This document shows, in pieces, positions 13,780-24,400 of a stretch of DNA of 64,000 bases (its first letter is position 1; each line of letters begins with the position of its first letter). The translations under genes were made by a program, and so were the position numbers. The notes beneath the pieces are model-generated. The model searched no databases. It saw nothing but the letters and a program-made list of their open reading frames with translations, and had not been told where the DNA came from. The stretch covers positions 2,573,344 through 2,637,343 of the forward strand of contig CM082584.2 in assembly GCA_040954595.2 (NCBI GenBank). The letters run 5' to 3'. The DNA is from Balanoglossus misakiensis (taxonomy: Eukaryota; Animalia; Hemichordata).

Positions 13780-14612
13780 TTGCCCACCATAACGATGTAA
13801 ATGGCCATCATAATGAAATGAAAGACCATCATAACGATGTAAATGGCCACCAGGACGACGTAGAGGGCGACCACCACTGTGTCAATGCACATCATCATAA
13901 AGTAAATAGCATCATTACAGCGTGAATAGGCTTCATCACGAAGTAAATGACCTTCATAATTATGTGAATGGACATCATAACGATGCGAATAAACATCACA
14001 ACGAGGTAAATGGACATCATAATGATGTAAATGGCCATCATCATAAAGTATTTGACCTTCACAATTATGTGAACGGACATCATAACGATGCGAATAAACA
14101 TCACAACGAGGTAAATGGACATCATAATGATGTAAATGGCCATCATCATAAAGTATTTGACCTTCATAATTATGTGAATGGACATCATAACGATGCAAAT
14201 AAACATCACCACGAGGTAAATGGACATCATAATGATGTAAATGGCCATCATCATAAAGTATTTGACCTTCATAATTATGTGAATGGACATCATAACGATG
14301 CAAATAAACATCACCACGAGGTAAATGGACATCATAATGATGTAAATGGCCATCATCATAAAGTATTTGACCCTCATAATTATGTGAATGGACATCATAA
14401 CGATGCAAATAAACATCACCACGAGGTAAATGGACATCATAATGATGTAAATGGCCTTCATCATAAAGTATTTGACCCTCATAATTATGTGAATGGACAT
14501 CATAACGATGCAAATAAACATCACCACGAGGTGAATGGACATCATAACGATGTAAATGGACATCACCACGAGGTGAATAGACATCATAATGATGTAAATG
14601 GCCATCATCATA
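13780..14612. repeat. Right subterminal array: 105-bp higher-order repeat of five 21-bp units, inverted relative to the left array
   Basis: CATCATCATAAAGTATTTGA recurs every 105 bp; the subunits are reverse complements of the left 21-mer. Confidence 0.93.
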
Positions 14613-14739
14613 AAGTAAAGGGGCGTCAAGAAATATAAATGGTCATTATAATGATGCATATGGGTATCATGATAGTGTCAATGTACATCATAGGGTGGGG
14701 GAAGGCTCCCTAAGACAGTCATGGCTTTCCATAGTTGGT

Positions 14740-17640
14740 CGTGAAACATGTGAAAGGTTGAATCTTTTGAAAAGGGTATTTCATGTACAAACCTGTGGTC
14801 CTGTCCCCAAACAGAATGGCAATATTTCAACTGCTTCAGAAAAATCACACTCAAAGCGTACTAAACAAGCCCAAAGGTTACTTGACAAAAACAAGGATTT
14901 ATTCGAAGGCCTTGGTTGTCTGAACAACTGTGAGTATGACATACAAATTGACCCCACTGTACCCCCAGTTCAGTTACCACTAAGACAAATCCCTCACAAA
15001 TTGAGAGACAAAGTCAAAGCAGAATTAGATCGTATGGTTTTACTTGATGTAATTGAACCCGTCACCGAGCCAACCGATTGGGTTAGTCAAATCACCGTGG
15101 TCATGAAAAAGAATGGCCAAGTGCGCGTATGCCTAGATCCACAAGAATTAAACAAAGCAATACGTCGTGAGCACTTTCCAAACGCCACGTTAGAAGACGT
15201 CGTAACGCGAATGCCAGACGCAAATATTTTTTCCAAGTTCGACGCCACGTCAGGTTATTGGCAACTCAAACTTAGCGACGCGAGTTCCAAGCTAACCACG
15301 TTCAACACCCCCTGGGGTAGATATATGTTCAAGAGAATGCCATTTGGTATTAGCTCTGCAAGCGAAATTTGGCAAAGAGCCATGATAGATGAATTTGGTG
15401 ATTTAGAAGGTATTGAAGTCATTGTAGACGATATGCTACTACAAGCTACTTGTGATGACGAGCATGACAAAAACCTCTGTCAATTCCTAGACAAAGTTCG
15501 CGAGTCCGGATTGAAACTCAATGGCAGCAAATGTGAAATAGCTGTTGACGAAGTCGAATTCTCAGGTCACTTACTGACAAGTGAAGGACTGAAACCAAGT
15601 CCAGAAAGAATCCGAGCCCTCACAGAAATGTCCAAGCCGCAAAACAAATCTGAGCTCCAGACATTTATCGGCATCATGGTGTATCTAGCAAAGTTCGTGC
15701 CAAATTTGTCAGCACTTACAGCCCCATTACGTGAGCTTCTTGCAAAAGGAATAGAATGGAGCTGGGAAGCCAGACATGATGCTGCGTTTGACAAATTGAT
15801 TGAAGTCGCTACAAATGCTCCCGTTCTGAAATTCTACGATGCTAAAAAGCCCGTCACAATTTCTACTGATGCTAGTGACAAAGGTTTTGGCGCTATGATA
15901 AGCCAAGATTCACACCCAGTTGCTTACGCCTCGCGCAGACTGAATAATGCAGAAGTAAATTACGCGACAATCGAAAAGGAGATGAGTGCAATTCTCTTTG
16001 CATGTACTCGGTTTCATGATTATATATATGGAGACAAAACAACTGTCGAAACCGATCACAAACCCCTTGTCGGTATATTTCAGAAACCGCTGCATAAACT
16101 GAGTCCACGTTTACAACGCATGCGCATGAATCTTCTGAGATATGATCTACACATTGTGTATAAACCCGGTAAAGAAATGCTCATACCCGATGCGCTGAGT
16201 CGAGCCCCGATCGATGCTCCACAACAGTCAGATGCAGAACGCGAAGTTCTCAGTATCATCAATCAAATGCCCATATCAGATCAGAAGTTAGAGAAATTAC
16301 GTGAAGAAACCGCGTGTGACCCAACGCTGTTGAAGGTCATTGACCTAGCCACCTCAAAATGGCCCGACAATAAAATGTATGTTTCTGATGAAGTCAAACC
16401 ATATCATGCATATCGACATGAAATAACATATGCCCATGGAATATTGTTCCGCAACAACCAAGTCATTATTCCAGCAAGTATGCGTCCAGAAATCATGCAA
16501 AAACTACACGCCAGCCATCAAGGAATTGTAAAAACAAAACAAAGAGCCCGCTCAATACTATTTTGGCCATGTATCAACAACGAGATTGAAGACATGATAT
16601 CTAAATGCTCAGTCTGTATGGAATTTCGTCCCAAGCGTTCTCGAGAACCGATGATCCCCCACGAGATACCAACTACCCCATGGTCCAAAGTTGGTACTGA
16701 TTTGTTCGAATTAGGATCAGATGATTATTTGGTCATTATTGATTATCACTCAAAGTTCCCAGAAGTAATAAAGCTCCCAAACAAAACAGCGAATGCAGTT
16801 ATATCCGCAACAAAATCTGTATTTGCTCGTGAAGGAATCCCTGATACTGTCATTAGTGATAACGGTCCATGTTATGACAATCGTGAATACCGTAAATTTG
16901 CTCATGATTGGGAATTTAACCACATCAAGATCAGCCCAGGTTATTCACAATCCAATGGCCAAGTTGAAAATGCTGTAAAATCAGTCAAACGTCTGATGAA
17001 AAAGGCATATAAAAGTGGTCAAGACCCCTATGTTTCATTGCTAGAGTTTCGCAATACTCCCCTAGATGGAACAAATGGTTTATCACCCAGTCAATTGCTT
17101 AAGAGCAGAATCTTGAAGTCCAAACTTCCCACAGCGGAAAACTTGACAAAACCTCATATAGTCCCTCCCATGACAAATCACTTGAAAGCTAGACAGCTCA
17201 AGCAGAAATACTATTATGACAGAACAGCACGTCATAATATTGCACAGCCTGTCCCAGGTCAGCCAGTCAGATTTCGTAACCCACATGCTAAATGGGAATA
17301 TGGTGTTGTAAAGGAATCACTTCCACAGCCCAGATCTGTGTTAGTTGAAAGTCAGTCTGGAAAGGTGTACAAAAGAAATCGCAGACATATGTACCCAACA
17401 TCTGAAAACCCACCACCACCAGATTTACCTGATATTGATGAATATCTACAGGAATCTTGTTCCAAACCTGTACCAGTTTCCAACCGTCTTTCTGAATCCA
17501 CATTTTCAGACACACCACATACCACCCCACCCAACACTACTGCCCACACAAAGCTCAAACATGATCAAGTGAAAATCCGACCGGATGTCACTACTCGTTA
17601 TGGCCGACTATCAAAAGGAAAAGTTCAATTAGATTTGTAG
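14740..17640 (+). CDS. pol: Gypsy pol (RT, RNase H, integrase), 3' part of gag-pol
   Basis: VRVCLDPQELN, KFDATSGYWQ, RMPFG, IVDD; STDASDKG, YATIEKE, TDHKPL; HASHQG..CSVC; GTDLF, SDNGP, SNGQVE. Open to the stop at 17640. Confidence 0.96.
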   Translation, partial: RETCERLNLLKRVFHVQTCGPVPKQNGNISTASEKSHSKRTKQAQRLLDKNKDLFEGLGCLNNCEYDIQIDPTVPPVQLPLRQIPHKLRDKVKAELDRMVLLDVIEPVTEPTDWVSQITVVMKKNGQVRVCLDPQELNKAIRREHFPNATLEDVVTRMPDANIFSKFDATSGYWQLKLSDASSKLTTFNTPWGRYMFKRMPFGISSASEIWQRAMIDEFGDLEGIEVIVDDMLLQATCDDEHDKNLCQFLDKVRESGLKLNGSKCEIAVDEVEFSGHLLTSEGLKPSPERIRALTEMSKPQNKSELQTFIGIMVYLAKFVPNLSALTAPLRELLAKGIEWSWEARHDAAFDKLIEVATNAPVLKFYDAKKPVTISTDASDKGFGAMISQDSHPVAYASRRLNNAEVNYATIEKEMSAILFACTRFHDYIYGDKTTVETDHKPLVGIFQKPLHKLSPRLQRMRMNLLRYDLHIVYKPGKEMLIPDALSRAPIDAPQQSDAEREVLSIINQMPISDQKLEKLREETACDPTLLKVIDLATSKWPDNKMYVSDEVKPYHAYRHEITYAHGILFRNNQVIIPASMRPEIMQKLHASHQGIVKTKQRARSILFWPCINNEIEDMISKCSVCMEFRPKRSREPMIPHEIPTTPWSKVGTDLFELGSDDYLVIIDYHSKFPEVIKLPNKTANAVISATKSVFAREGIPDTVISDNGPCYDNREYRKFAHDWEFNHIKISPGYSQSNGQVENAVKSVKRLMKKAYKSGQDPYVSLLEFRNTPLDGTNGLSPSQLLKSRILKSKLPTAENLTKPHIVPPMTNHLKARQLKQKYYYDRTARHNIAQPVPGQPVRFRNPHAKWEYGVVKESLPQPRSVLVESQSGKVYKRNRRHMYPTSENPPPPDLPDIDEYLQESCSKPVPVSNRLSESTFSDTPHTTPPNTTAHTKLKHDQVKIRPDVTTRYGRLSKGKVQLDL

Positions 17641-17803
17641 TTTTCTGTGTTATAAAGAATTGACTTGCATTGTATTTGAGATACCACTTCTTTGTATTAT
17701 TGTTCTGAACTTTTTTGGTGCTTTCCCGAGTTATAAGAAAAATGTCTTCACATTGTCAAACATCCTGAATTGTTCACACTTGTATTACCGGTCACCCATT
17801 TGT

Positions 17804-17815
17804 AAAAAAGGGGCG
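17804..17815 (+). promoter_or_regulatory. Polypurine tract
   Basis: AAAAAAGGGGCG directly before the 3' LTR. Confidence 0.8.
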
Positions 17816-17959
17816 TGTAATGTATGTTACTTTGAATGCCTTGTACATTACTATCTGTAATACTGCCCTCTATGTTGACTTATGGTAATAAAGTGAGTTG
17901 CCTCGTTTTGGCACTCTGTTGACTAGACTTCATGGCGTACGGAGTCCCAATACAACACA
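17816..17959 (+). repeat. 3' LTR
   Basis: Direct repeat of 3707-3850 with one T/C difference; followed by TSD ATAAT. Confidence 0.97.
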
Positions 17960-19111
17960 ATAATCTCTGCAAAAGGTACAATGTGATATCAACAGGTGTT
18001 GGTAAGATTGTGTGGACAGAGTAAGAAGTGAAGCAATTGCTTTACCAATCCACAAGATAAAGCTCTATGACAGCAATGGTGAAAGAAGTGGTAGCCTCAC
18101 TGTCACAGGCTTTCAAGATGATAGCAGACGTAAGAGCATATTACATCACAGTCAAACCAAATAAGTGACTTCATCTGTATGCATATAATTTTGGGGGAAA
18201 CATTACTTTCAAAAATATGAATTTCTTTCACTTCAGCCTGTCAAAATTAATTGACCTATATATACCCAGCCATGTTCAACTTTCAATACCACATGAATTC
18301 AATGAAAGTATATCTAATGGGCGAAATGTGTTGCTTCTCGCCTGATTTAGCAAAATTGAGTGACATAAATACTGGCTGGAACGGCTTAGTTAAATGAACG
18401 TTTGAAATTATTTTTGAATTATGATTAGTCTATAACAGTAATAAATTTTGAAATAACACTATATAATACAAGCACTACAAAAAATGTCAATATTTTATAC
18501 TACCTTATAGAATCCGAGGAAATTCCAGAGCATCCAATTGGTGTAGATGATGATGACCATGACTTGTTGATTGATCCTGGTTCCCATGAACACATCCTCT
18601 CAGTAGAAGATGATAAACTTGCCCCTGATATCACCATGGACATGAATGACATCGAGCCGACAAGTGTACCTGAAAGGAACATAACATTACATGGTAGCAA
18701 TGCTGAGGAGACCCGTTGCAGTATACCAATAGAAGATACAAGACAGACACAGCATAGTACAGGGGAAGACATCAACATGACAGACTGTGATTTGGAAACA
18801 GAGCACACTGAGGAGACAGTTGAAGCAGAAAGGATGGAAGTCAATGGTATGGAAAATTGCTGCACTCAAGAACGTAACTATTACTATAGTGAAGTTACCA
18901 TGTATGGGATTGTTCATTTCAAGGTTCCACTCATTCTTATTTCCTCCCCCCCCCCCACCATCCCCAAATAAATCTGCAAGCCCACATTCCAAGCACATAG
19001 TTATGTCACAGTGCAGGAGATAGTCATTTCAATTTTATTTTAGAAAGGAAAGATAAATGTGTGTGAGCGGGAAAAGATATGAAACATGACACACCCACAT
19101 ATATGTACATT

Positions 19112-19550
19112 TATAATATACCTCATGCTAATACTGTGCCGTGATTCGCCAGAATCCGTCACGTGATAGGAAAATAGAATCGACTATGAACCGCTAGGGA
19201 AATAGCAGAAAAAATATAAACCGGTCACGTGACCCGCGTGAGTGCACAGACTCGGTCACGTCAATCAGCGTCGCGTCGTCTGACACAATGGCCACCACTG
19301 AAGATGTCGTCTGCCAGCCTCAAGAAAAAATTGCAAGATTTTCCCAGCTGTTAGCATGAGGTTTATTATAAAACACCTATAGCCTGGCCTATATTCGGGC
19401 CATAGCAGCCGTTTTTACCCCCTCGTGACTGTGAGTTACCAGAATCATATGCTATTTCCCTCGGCCGCATATGATTCTGGTAACTCACAGCCCCTCGGGT
19501 GTAATAAACGGCCGCTATGGCCCTCATGGCCAGGCAATAGGTGTTCAATA
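19112..19550. mobile_element. Non-autonomous element with two adjacent inverted-repeat modules (possibly Crypton-derived)
   Basis: CCTCATGCTA..TAGCATGAGG then TTATAAAA then AACACCTATAGCCTGGCC..GGCCAGGCAATAGGTGTT; same layout at 25771-26090. Confidence 0.5.
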
Positions 19551-20713
19551 TTTCATGTTGACCTTGTGGAACCCCAGGTCAGTTTAAGTGGCCCAAAAGG
19601 AAATCACTTTAAGAAAAACTCATTATTTTTGCTGTTAAACCTTAATGTTGTTTTCTTGTTTGCATTCAGGCAAGTCAAGTATCAAAGAAGTTGCCAAATC
19701 AACAGCAAAGATAACAGCCACACATGAAGAGTCATCAATCTCAGAGTAAAGTTAGTGATACTTCTTCAACCACGATGGACAGTCTGATATTTGTCCTTGG
19801 AGAGACAAAAGAAGTCGAATAATTTGATAAATCACGAAATTCTTTGAAGGCCCTTCCCAATGATAAGAAGTTAATAAATGAATATATAGAAGCTAAGGTG
19901 AAAGTAGGAACAAAGCTGATGAAATCATACAGCATAGCCAAGCTGTCAATCAAAGAGTGGGAACAAGAATATTGCATAAATCATTGGGGTTGTGCACCAA
20001 ATTTGGAAGATTACAAGAGAAATAAACGTATATTGAAATTGTACAAACAAACAAAAATGGCAACACATTTTTTGAAACGCTGGAATATTGATTATAACTG
20101 AGAGGTGAAGTATTTCCAGCTGTATGTGCATGCAATTTGATTACTCAGTGTGGACATATTTTGTACACTACACGTACATTCAGAAATATGGCATATTTTT
20201 CTAATGACATGGAGATTTTTGTGACTTCTGATGCAGAGTAAATATATTGTATAATTTACTTCCAAATCAGATGTTCTTTCCTTGTCATTTGCTACCAAAA
20301 TTTAGTACCAAATGCATGGCATTTGTATGTCTGTGTTCAGGCTGTGGCCACAACCAATCTTGTAGCTGTGGCTGAGACTTTCAATTTTCTGCTTGATGTT
20401 AATAAACAATAACTTTGTAGTTTTGAATTTTGATGGAAAGGCAATCATCTATATTTGTCACTCATAAAAATGCACATTTCTTGACAATGTTGTTGAACCA
20501 CTTCTCCCAAAATAATGGGACCCTTTGGTTTCAACCCCCAACCTGGCAGTGTTCAAATCTCACATTGTAAACACCACCTGCACCTGCACTTTGTTAATAC
20601 AAGGAGACTGGAAACAGTGTGCTACACAATAAATTGAGACAAAGGAGTGTTACAAGACTTAACAAACAAGTAATTAACATATGGCCTAGTTGCACAGGAA
20701 AATGCTACAAACA

Positions 20714-20740
20714 AGTTTTTCCCGCCCAAGTCAGACTGTG
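20714..20740 (-). other. Candidate right terminus of the RAG1/Transib-like element (RSS-like)
   Basis: Minus strand reads CACAGTC-11 nt-GGAAAAACT, about 640 bp after the final stop codon; the partner end is not in the window. Confidence 0.4.
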
Positions 20741-21293
20741 CGTGGCGTGGGTCCATAGCTGCAGCTGTGGTGTTTTCTGGCTAATTGTACTTTTCCTTTT
20801 TACGGGCTCTTTTTCCGTGTCGATCAGAAAATTGCCCGCAAAATGTCAGACAAAAATTGCCAGAAAACACCACTGCTATGACCCAGAATGAGATTATACT
20901 TAGGCGGTCCTCTGCATGCCATACTATCGATCGCACGTACCGAACGAAACTCGCATCACATGCAATCCGAAAATAGCTGATAAGAACTTACCTTCATTGT
21001 ACAGTTTACCGTAAAAAGCAGTCTTACACCGACGATTACGTTGGCAGGAAATGAAGGCATCGACTAAAACAACATGAATCGGATGTACCGCGTACCGCCC
21101 ACACGATGCACATGTCTGTCGCGATACAATACCATAGACTATTTTACTTCTGTCCATTCGCTCGCAAACGTCGTTTTCTGAATGTGTTATGAGCTTTGGG
21201 CACATTTAAGGACCGAAACGGGGAGATTTTTGACATTTTTTTGCCGAATTTTCGTCAAAACCTCGCCGTTTCGGTCCACGCCCGCCCACACAT

Positions 21294-22730
21294 CATATAG
21301 GGCGTTCTCACTGGCACGTTTACACCGGTGCTACAGCGGTGTAGATTTGACACCGACGGAAAAAAACAAGTGAGAACGCTTTACACCGGTGTTGGGCCGG
21401 TGTTGATTTGCGACGGCGATGGGTGGCGGGTCAGGGCCAGTGCTGGGCCAGCGCTCCGACGCAAATAGTCAGTGAGAACGCAAAGATAAACAAACACCGT
21501 TCAAAAGCGCCCCCCTGCAGTGACTTTTGGGTATGTTTATTAGGTATAGCCCATTGTCTTTGGTCAGTTTCCATTGTTAAGTCAATCACACTGGACGTGA
21601 GTGGTTTTCAAACCATTCGCAGTTTGCATGGTCTGCAACACTTCTGTCTGCTACCAACTTTCGGAAGGTTCTCTCGATCACCGAAAAGCTGAGGCATTTT
21701 CCATTTATGGATTAACATTCATTTACTTCTAAACATTATCAAAACTGTCACAAAGTCGTCTAGAACGTATATGCAGGTATATAAACTGCAACATGTTGCT
21801 GTAATGTCCTCGACGTCCTCAATTTTGTTAGTTGCCGTGTTGCTAAACATGGCCATTTAGACGATGTTTATTTCAAAACAGTGGCCAAAAGTTTAGTGTG
21901 TGGACGCACGGAGATTCTGTGGACTAATCCCCTGTGTTTGCAGAGAGTAAACACTGGCATTACACCGGTGTCAAAACTTTTAGTGAGAACAAGACTATGG
22001 AGGTACTAGATAGAAGGAGCGAGGACGCTATTGTTTCCTATAAACCCCATGTGCGTCTTAATCTGTTTGCAGATATCATTAGGATCTCATCCTTTTATCA
22101 CCTGATAGGCGTTCATAAAGGCTGTGCGCTTGCGTAGATAAACAAATTATAGCTGGCGGCGTGTCTCCATGATTTACATTTAGCATATTCAACCAGACCA
22201 AACTGCTGTGCCGAAAGTTTCTGCACTAGCAATTACAATGGTGACTATCGGGCATCCCACACCATCCCACGCGAACAAAAATACTTGCATCGGGAAGATT
22301 GGTTTTCAAAGAAAACCTAAGAACTTATTGTTTTTTGCGGAAGTTTGCGAAAAACTCAAAATATACATTTCAAAATCATGCTTTTTGGTTGTACAAAGAA
22401 GAAAAATAACGCCACAAGTCTTCCAAGACGTCCGCCTGACACGTTTCCGGTAGTGGTGATGCGTAAACTTCACCCCTAGATGTAAATAAAAGTCACCACG
22501 CATATGTAGTACGCTCGTCCGCGATGTGCGCATTGTGTTTTTAATATCATAGAAATATTACCCCGTAGATCTTGCAAACCTAACTGTAAAATCGGCGGTA
22601 ACGCACAGTGGGTTCAAAGGACGCTTTCAACACAGAAACACAAAGACTTAAGAAGCTTATCACACTTCAGAAGAAAGGGAGTTAATCCGCTTAAAATCCG
22701 TCCTCGCTCATTCTCTCTAGTACCTCCATG
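21294..22730. mobile_element. Non-autonomous TIR element with CAT..ATG termini and 7-bp TSD (P-like)
   Basis: ATGGAGGTACTAGATAGAAGGAGCGAGGACG (21997) is the inverse of CGTCCTCGCTCATTCTCTCTAGTACCTCCATG (22730); CACACAT flanks both sides (21287-21293, 22731-22737). The left tip is split by another MITE. Confidence 0.6.
21299..21996 (+). mobile_element. 698-bp MITE (Harbinger-like), copy 1
   Basis: Ends AGGGCGTTCTCACT..AGTGAGAACAAGACT; a highly similar inverted copy of the same length lies at 45149-45846. Confidence 0.85.
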
Positions 22731-24400
22731 CACACATGAAACCACGCAACCACGAGGCTGAAGCCTTGGAAACCACCTAAGCTCGGCAATGCGTGTGTGC
22801 TCATGAATATGTAATATCTAATTCGCATATTCATGAAAAAGTAACCAAAAAAACAGGAAAACATTTTTAAAATACCAATAAAAAATTAAAAAAACTAAAC
22901 ATTTGCAGTTTTTCTTTATTTACAATTTGATATATTTTTAGATTTTCAGTCAACATTTTTTTTAATTTTTCGAGTTTTTTTTAAACATGCCGGGTTCAGA
23001 GATTTGTCCTTCCATGACTAGAGAAGCAATCAGGGATCGTCACATACGTCGGGTGCGGGATAACACTGTCCGCGGAAATGTTGATTTTGTTGCCCCAACT
23101 ACTGAAGATAAGACAGCAATTCAACGTAAAATTTCAAAGCTTCGAACTCTGATGAAGGAGGGTAGGGCAACAAATTTTGACGTGTTATCAACGGTACTTG
23201 ATTTCTTCCTGACGAGTCACGAAACGAACGGCAATGGTGGTATGCGTGACGAACCAGAAGAAGGTGCTTTCCACGAACCAGTGTACCAGAGGTGTCCAAT
23301 AGAACGGACCAGATGTATTTGACAACGACCCTCTCTGTCCAGAACCTCGTAAAAACTGTCGAATCACACTCCGGAGCATGTCGAGGAACTCTTGCCTCAA
23401 AGCGCACGACTATGATGGGCCACGCGGGGAGGGTCAGTTTCAAGTGCGAGGAAGATCACGGATTCAATTGGAATTCTTCGCCGTATTTACTGAACGGGAG
23501 ACTACTCGTCAACTACAGGTAAGTGTAAATACAGTGACATTGTATGATACGGACTTATATTGTTTTGTCATCTTTTATTTACCAAGAATACGTCAATGTA
23601 TTATGCTCTCGCGTCGTAACTTTGAAATGCTATGAACATTATCCAACAGATTGTTACATGGGTTGTTGTCAGCTGGCGTACGGACGCGGACTTATGACAC
23701 TGTAACCAGCAGTGCAAATATGGGGTCGTTGAAGGACAAGTATAGAACGAAATGTAAGCTTACACTTTCTTATAGCTGAAACTATCTAGTTTTATATTTA
23801 TTTGTGATCAGTCCTACTTTTAGTGTGGTCAACTTACATTGATTCTCAGACTGTTTCAATATAGTGTATGACCATGGAGTTACAGACATGACTGCAGCAT
23901 ATAAAGACATGTCAAGACAATTTTTTTTCCAAATGTATTAACTGTCGACCATCATCACAGTCACCCCATGACTGTGCTGGCATATAAAGTAGGCAAATCA
24001 TCACTAATATTTGGGTCGCCGCAAGGGAAAAGGGCCCTTATGCAAGTGTACGTCATTTTTAGTAATTTGCATTTGAATAGGTGACGTTCTATGTGTGCTT
24101 TTCATATGCAAATATTCGCCTGCACGCTGGAGGAAAATGGATTTGTTCAGTATATTGCCCAACTTTTTCGAGAAAATGACAAAAGATATTCAAAGTATAT
24201 CACGAAACACAGAACATTTATGTCATTTCTTCACTGAATTCGATTTCTATAGCTCAAAAAACACTTCTCACGTAGAGCGTTTACATTGTATCTAATTTTA
24301 TTCCCGCCATTTTGCTCAGTTCATATACACGTGACCTCAGCGCTAAGGAGGTCAGAGTCAGAAATCGCTGTGCTACTGATGTTTCCCGTTGCGTAAAATC

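Larger units (their letters stand above)
5174..14733 (+). mobile_element. IS3EU-type DNA transposon with two convergent genes
   Basis: Termini TATGG...CCATA; 28-bp perfect TIR (TATGGAAAGCCATGACTGTCTTAGGGAG) extending imperfectly to ~130 bp; 6-bp TSD CTTGGT/GTTGGT (one mismatch). Removing it restores the Gypsy frame (PILG|RETC). Superfamily assigned from the IS3-like DDE motifs and recalled TAY..RTA / 6-bp TSD signature. Confidence 0.88.
3707..17959 (+). mobile_element. Ty3/Gypsy LTR retrotransposon (Mag-like), full length, interrupted by a DNA transposon
   Basis: 144-bp TG..CA LTRs at 3707-3850 and 17816-17959 differ at one base; 5-bp TSD ATAAT (3702-3706, 17960-17964); PBS and PPT present; domain order gag-PR-RT-RH-IN. 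Confidence 0.97.
116..20101 (+). pseudogene. RAG1/Transib-like DDE transposase gene with internal SAP domain; frameshifted, spliced, and split by a Gypsy insertion
   Basis: Motifs are collinear with the RAG1 core: KIWHDHST (first Asp strand), PHLYIMGRSNSND (cf. PLCLMLADESD), RFFHGDGPAQEFE..GGHYQC (cf. GYDEKLVREVEG..VYICTLC), EPLHDLKGH (cf. DALHCDIGN), IRGCDARK (cf. MNGNFARK), YFHNITVHLP (cf. YFHKTLAHVP), NAENQERVFNRIRR (cf. SEGNESGNKLFRR). SAP-like LTVADLRRELDARGEETEGLKKPDLQSKL. Donor after 2883; exon from ~3670 (EPGPHLHHFRS) resumes after the LTR element at 17965; further exons near 18510-18895 and 19669-20101. Several stops and frameshifts. The 5' end may lie outside the window. Confidence 0.75.

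Noticed and set aside
21408-21692. Repeated ORF MRRRWVAGQGQCW (also 45285-45737)
   Set aside because: Lies inside the two copies of the 698-bp MITE; no recognisable domain.
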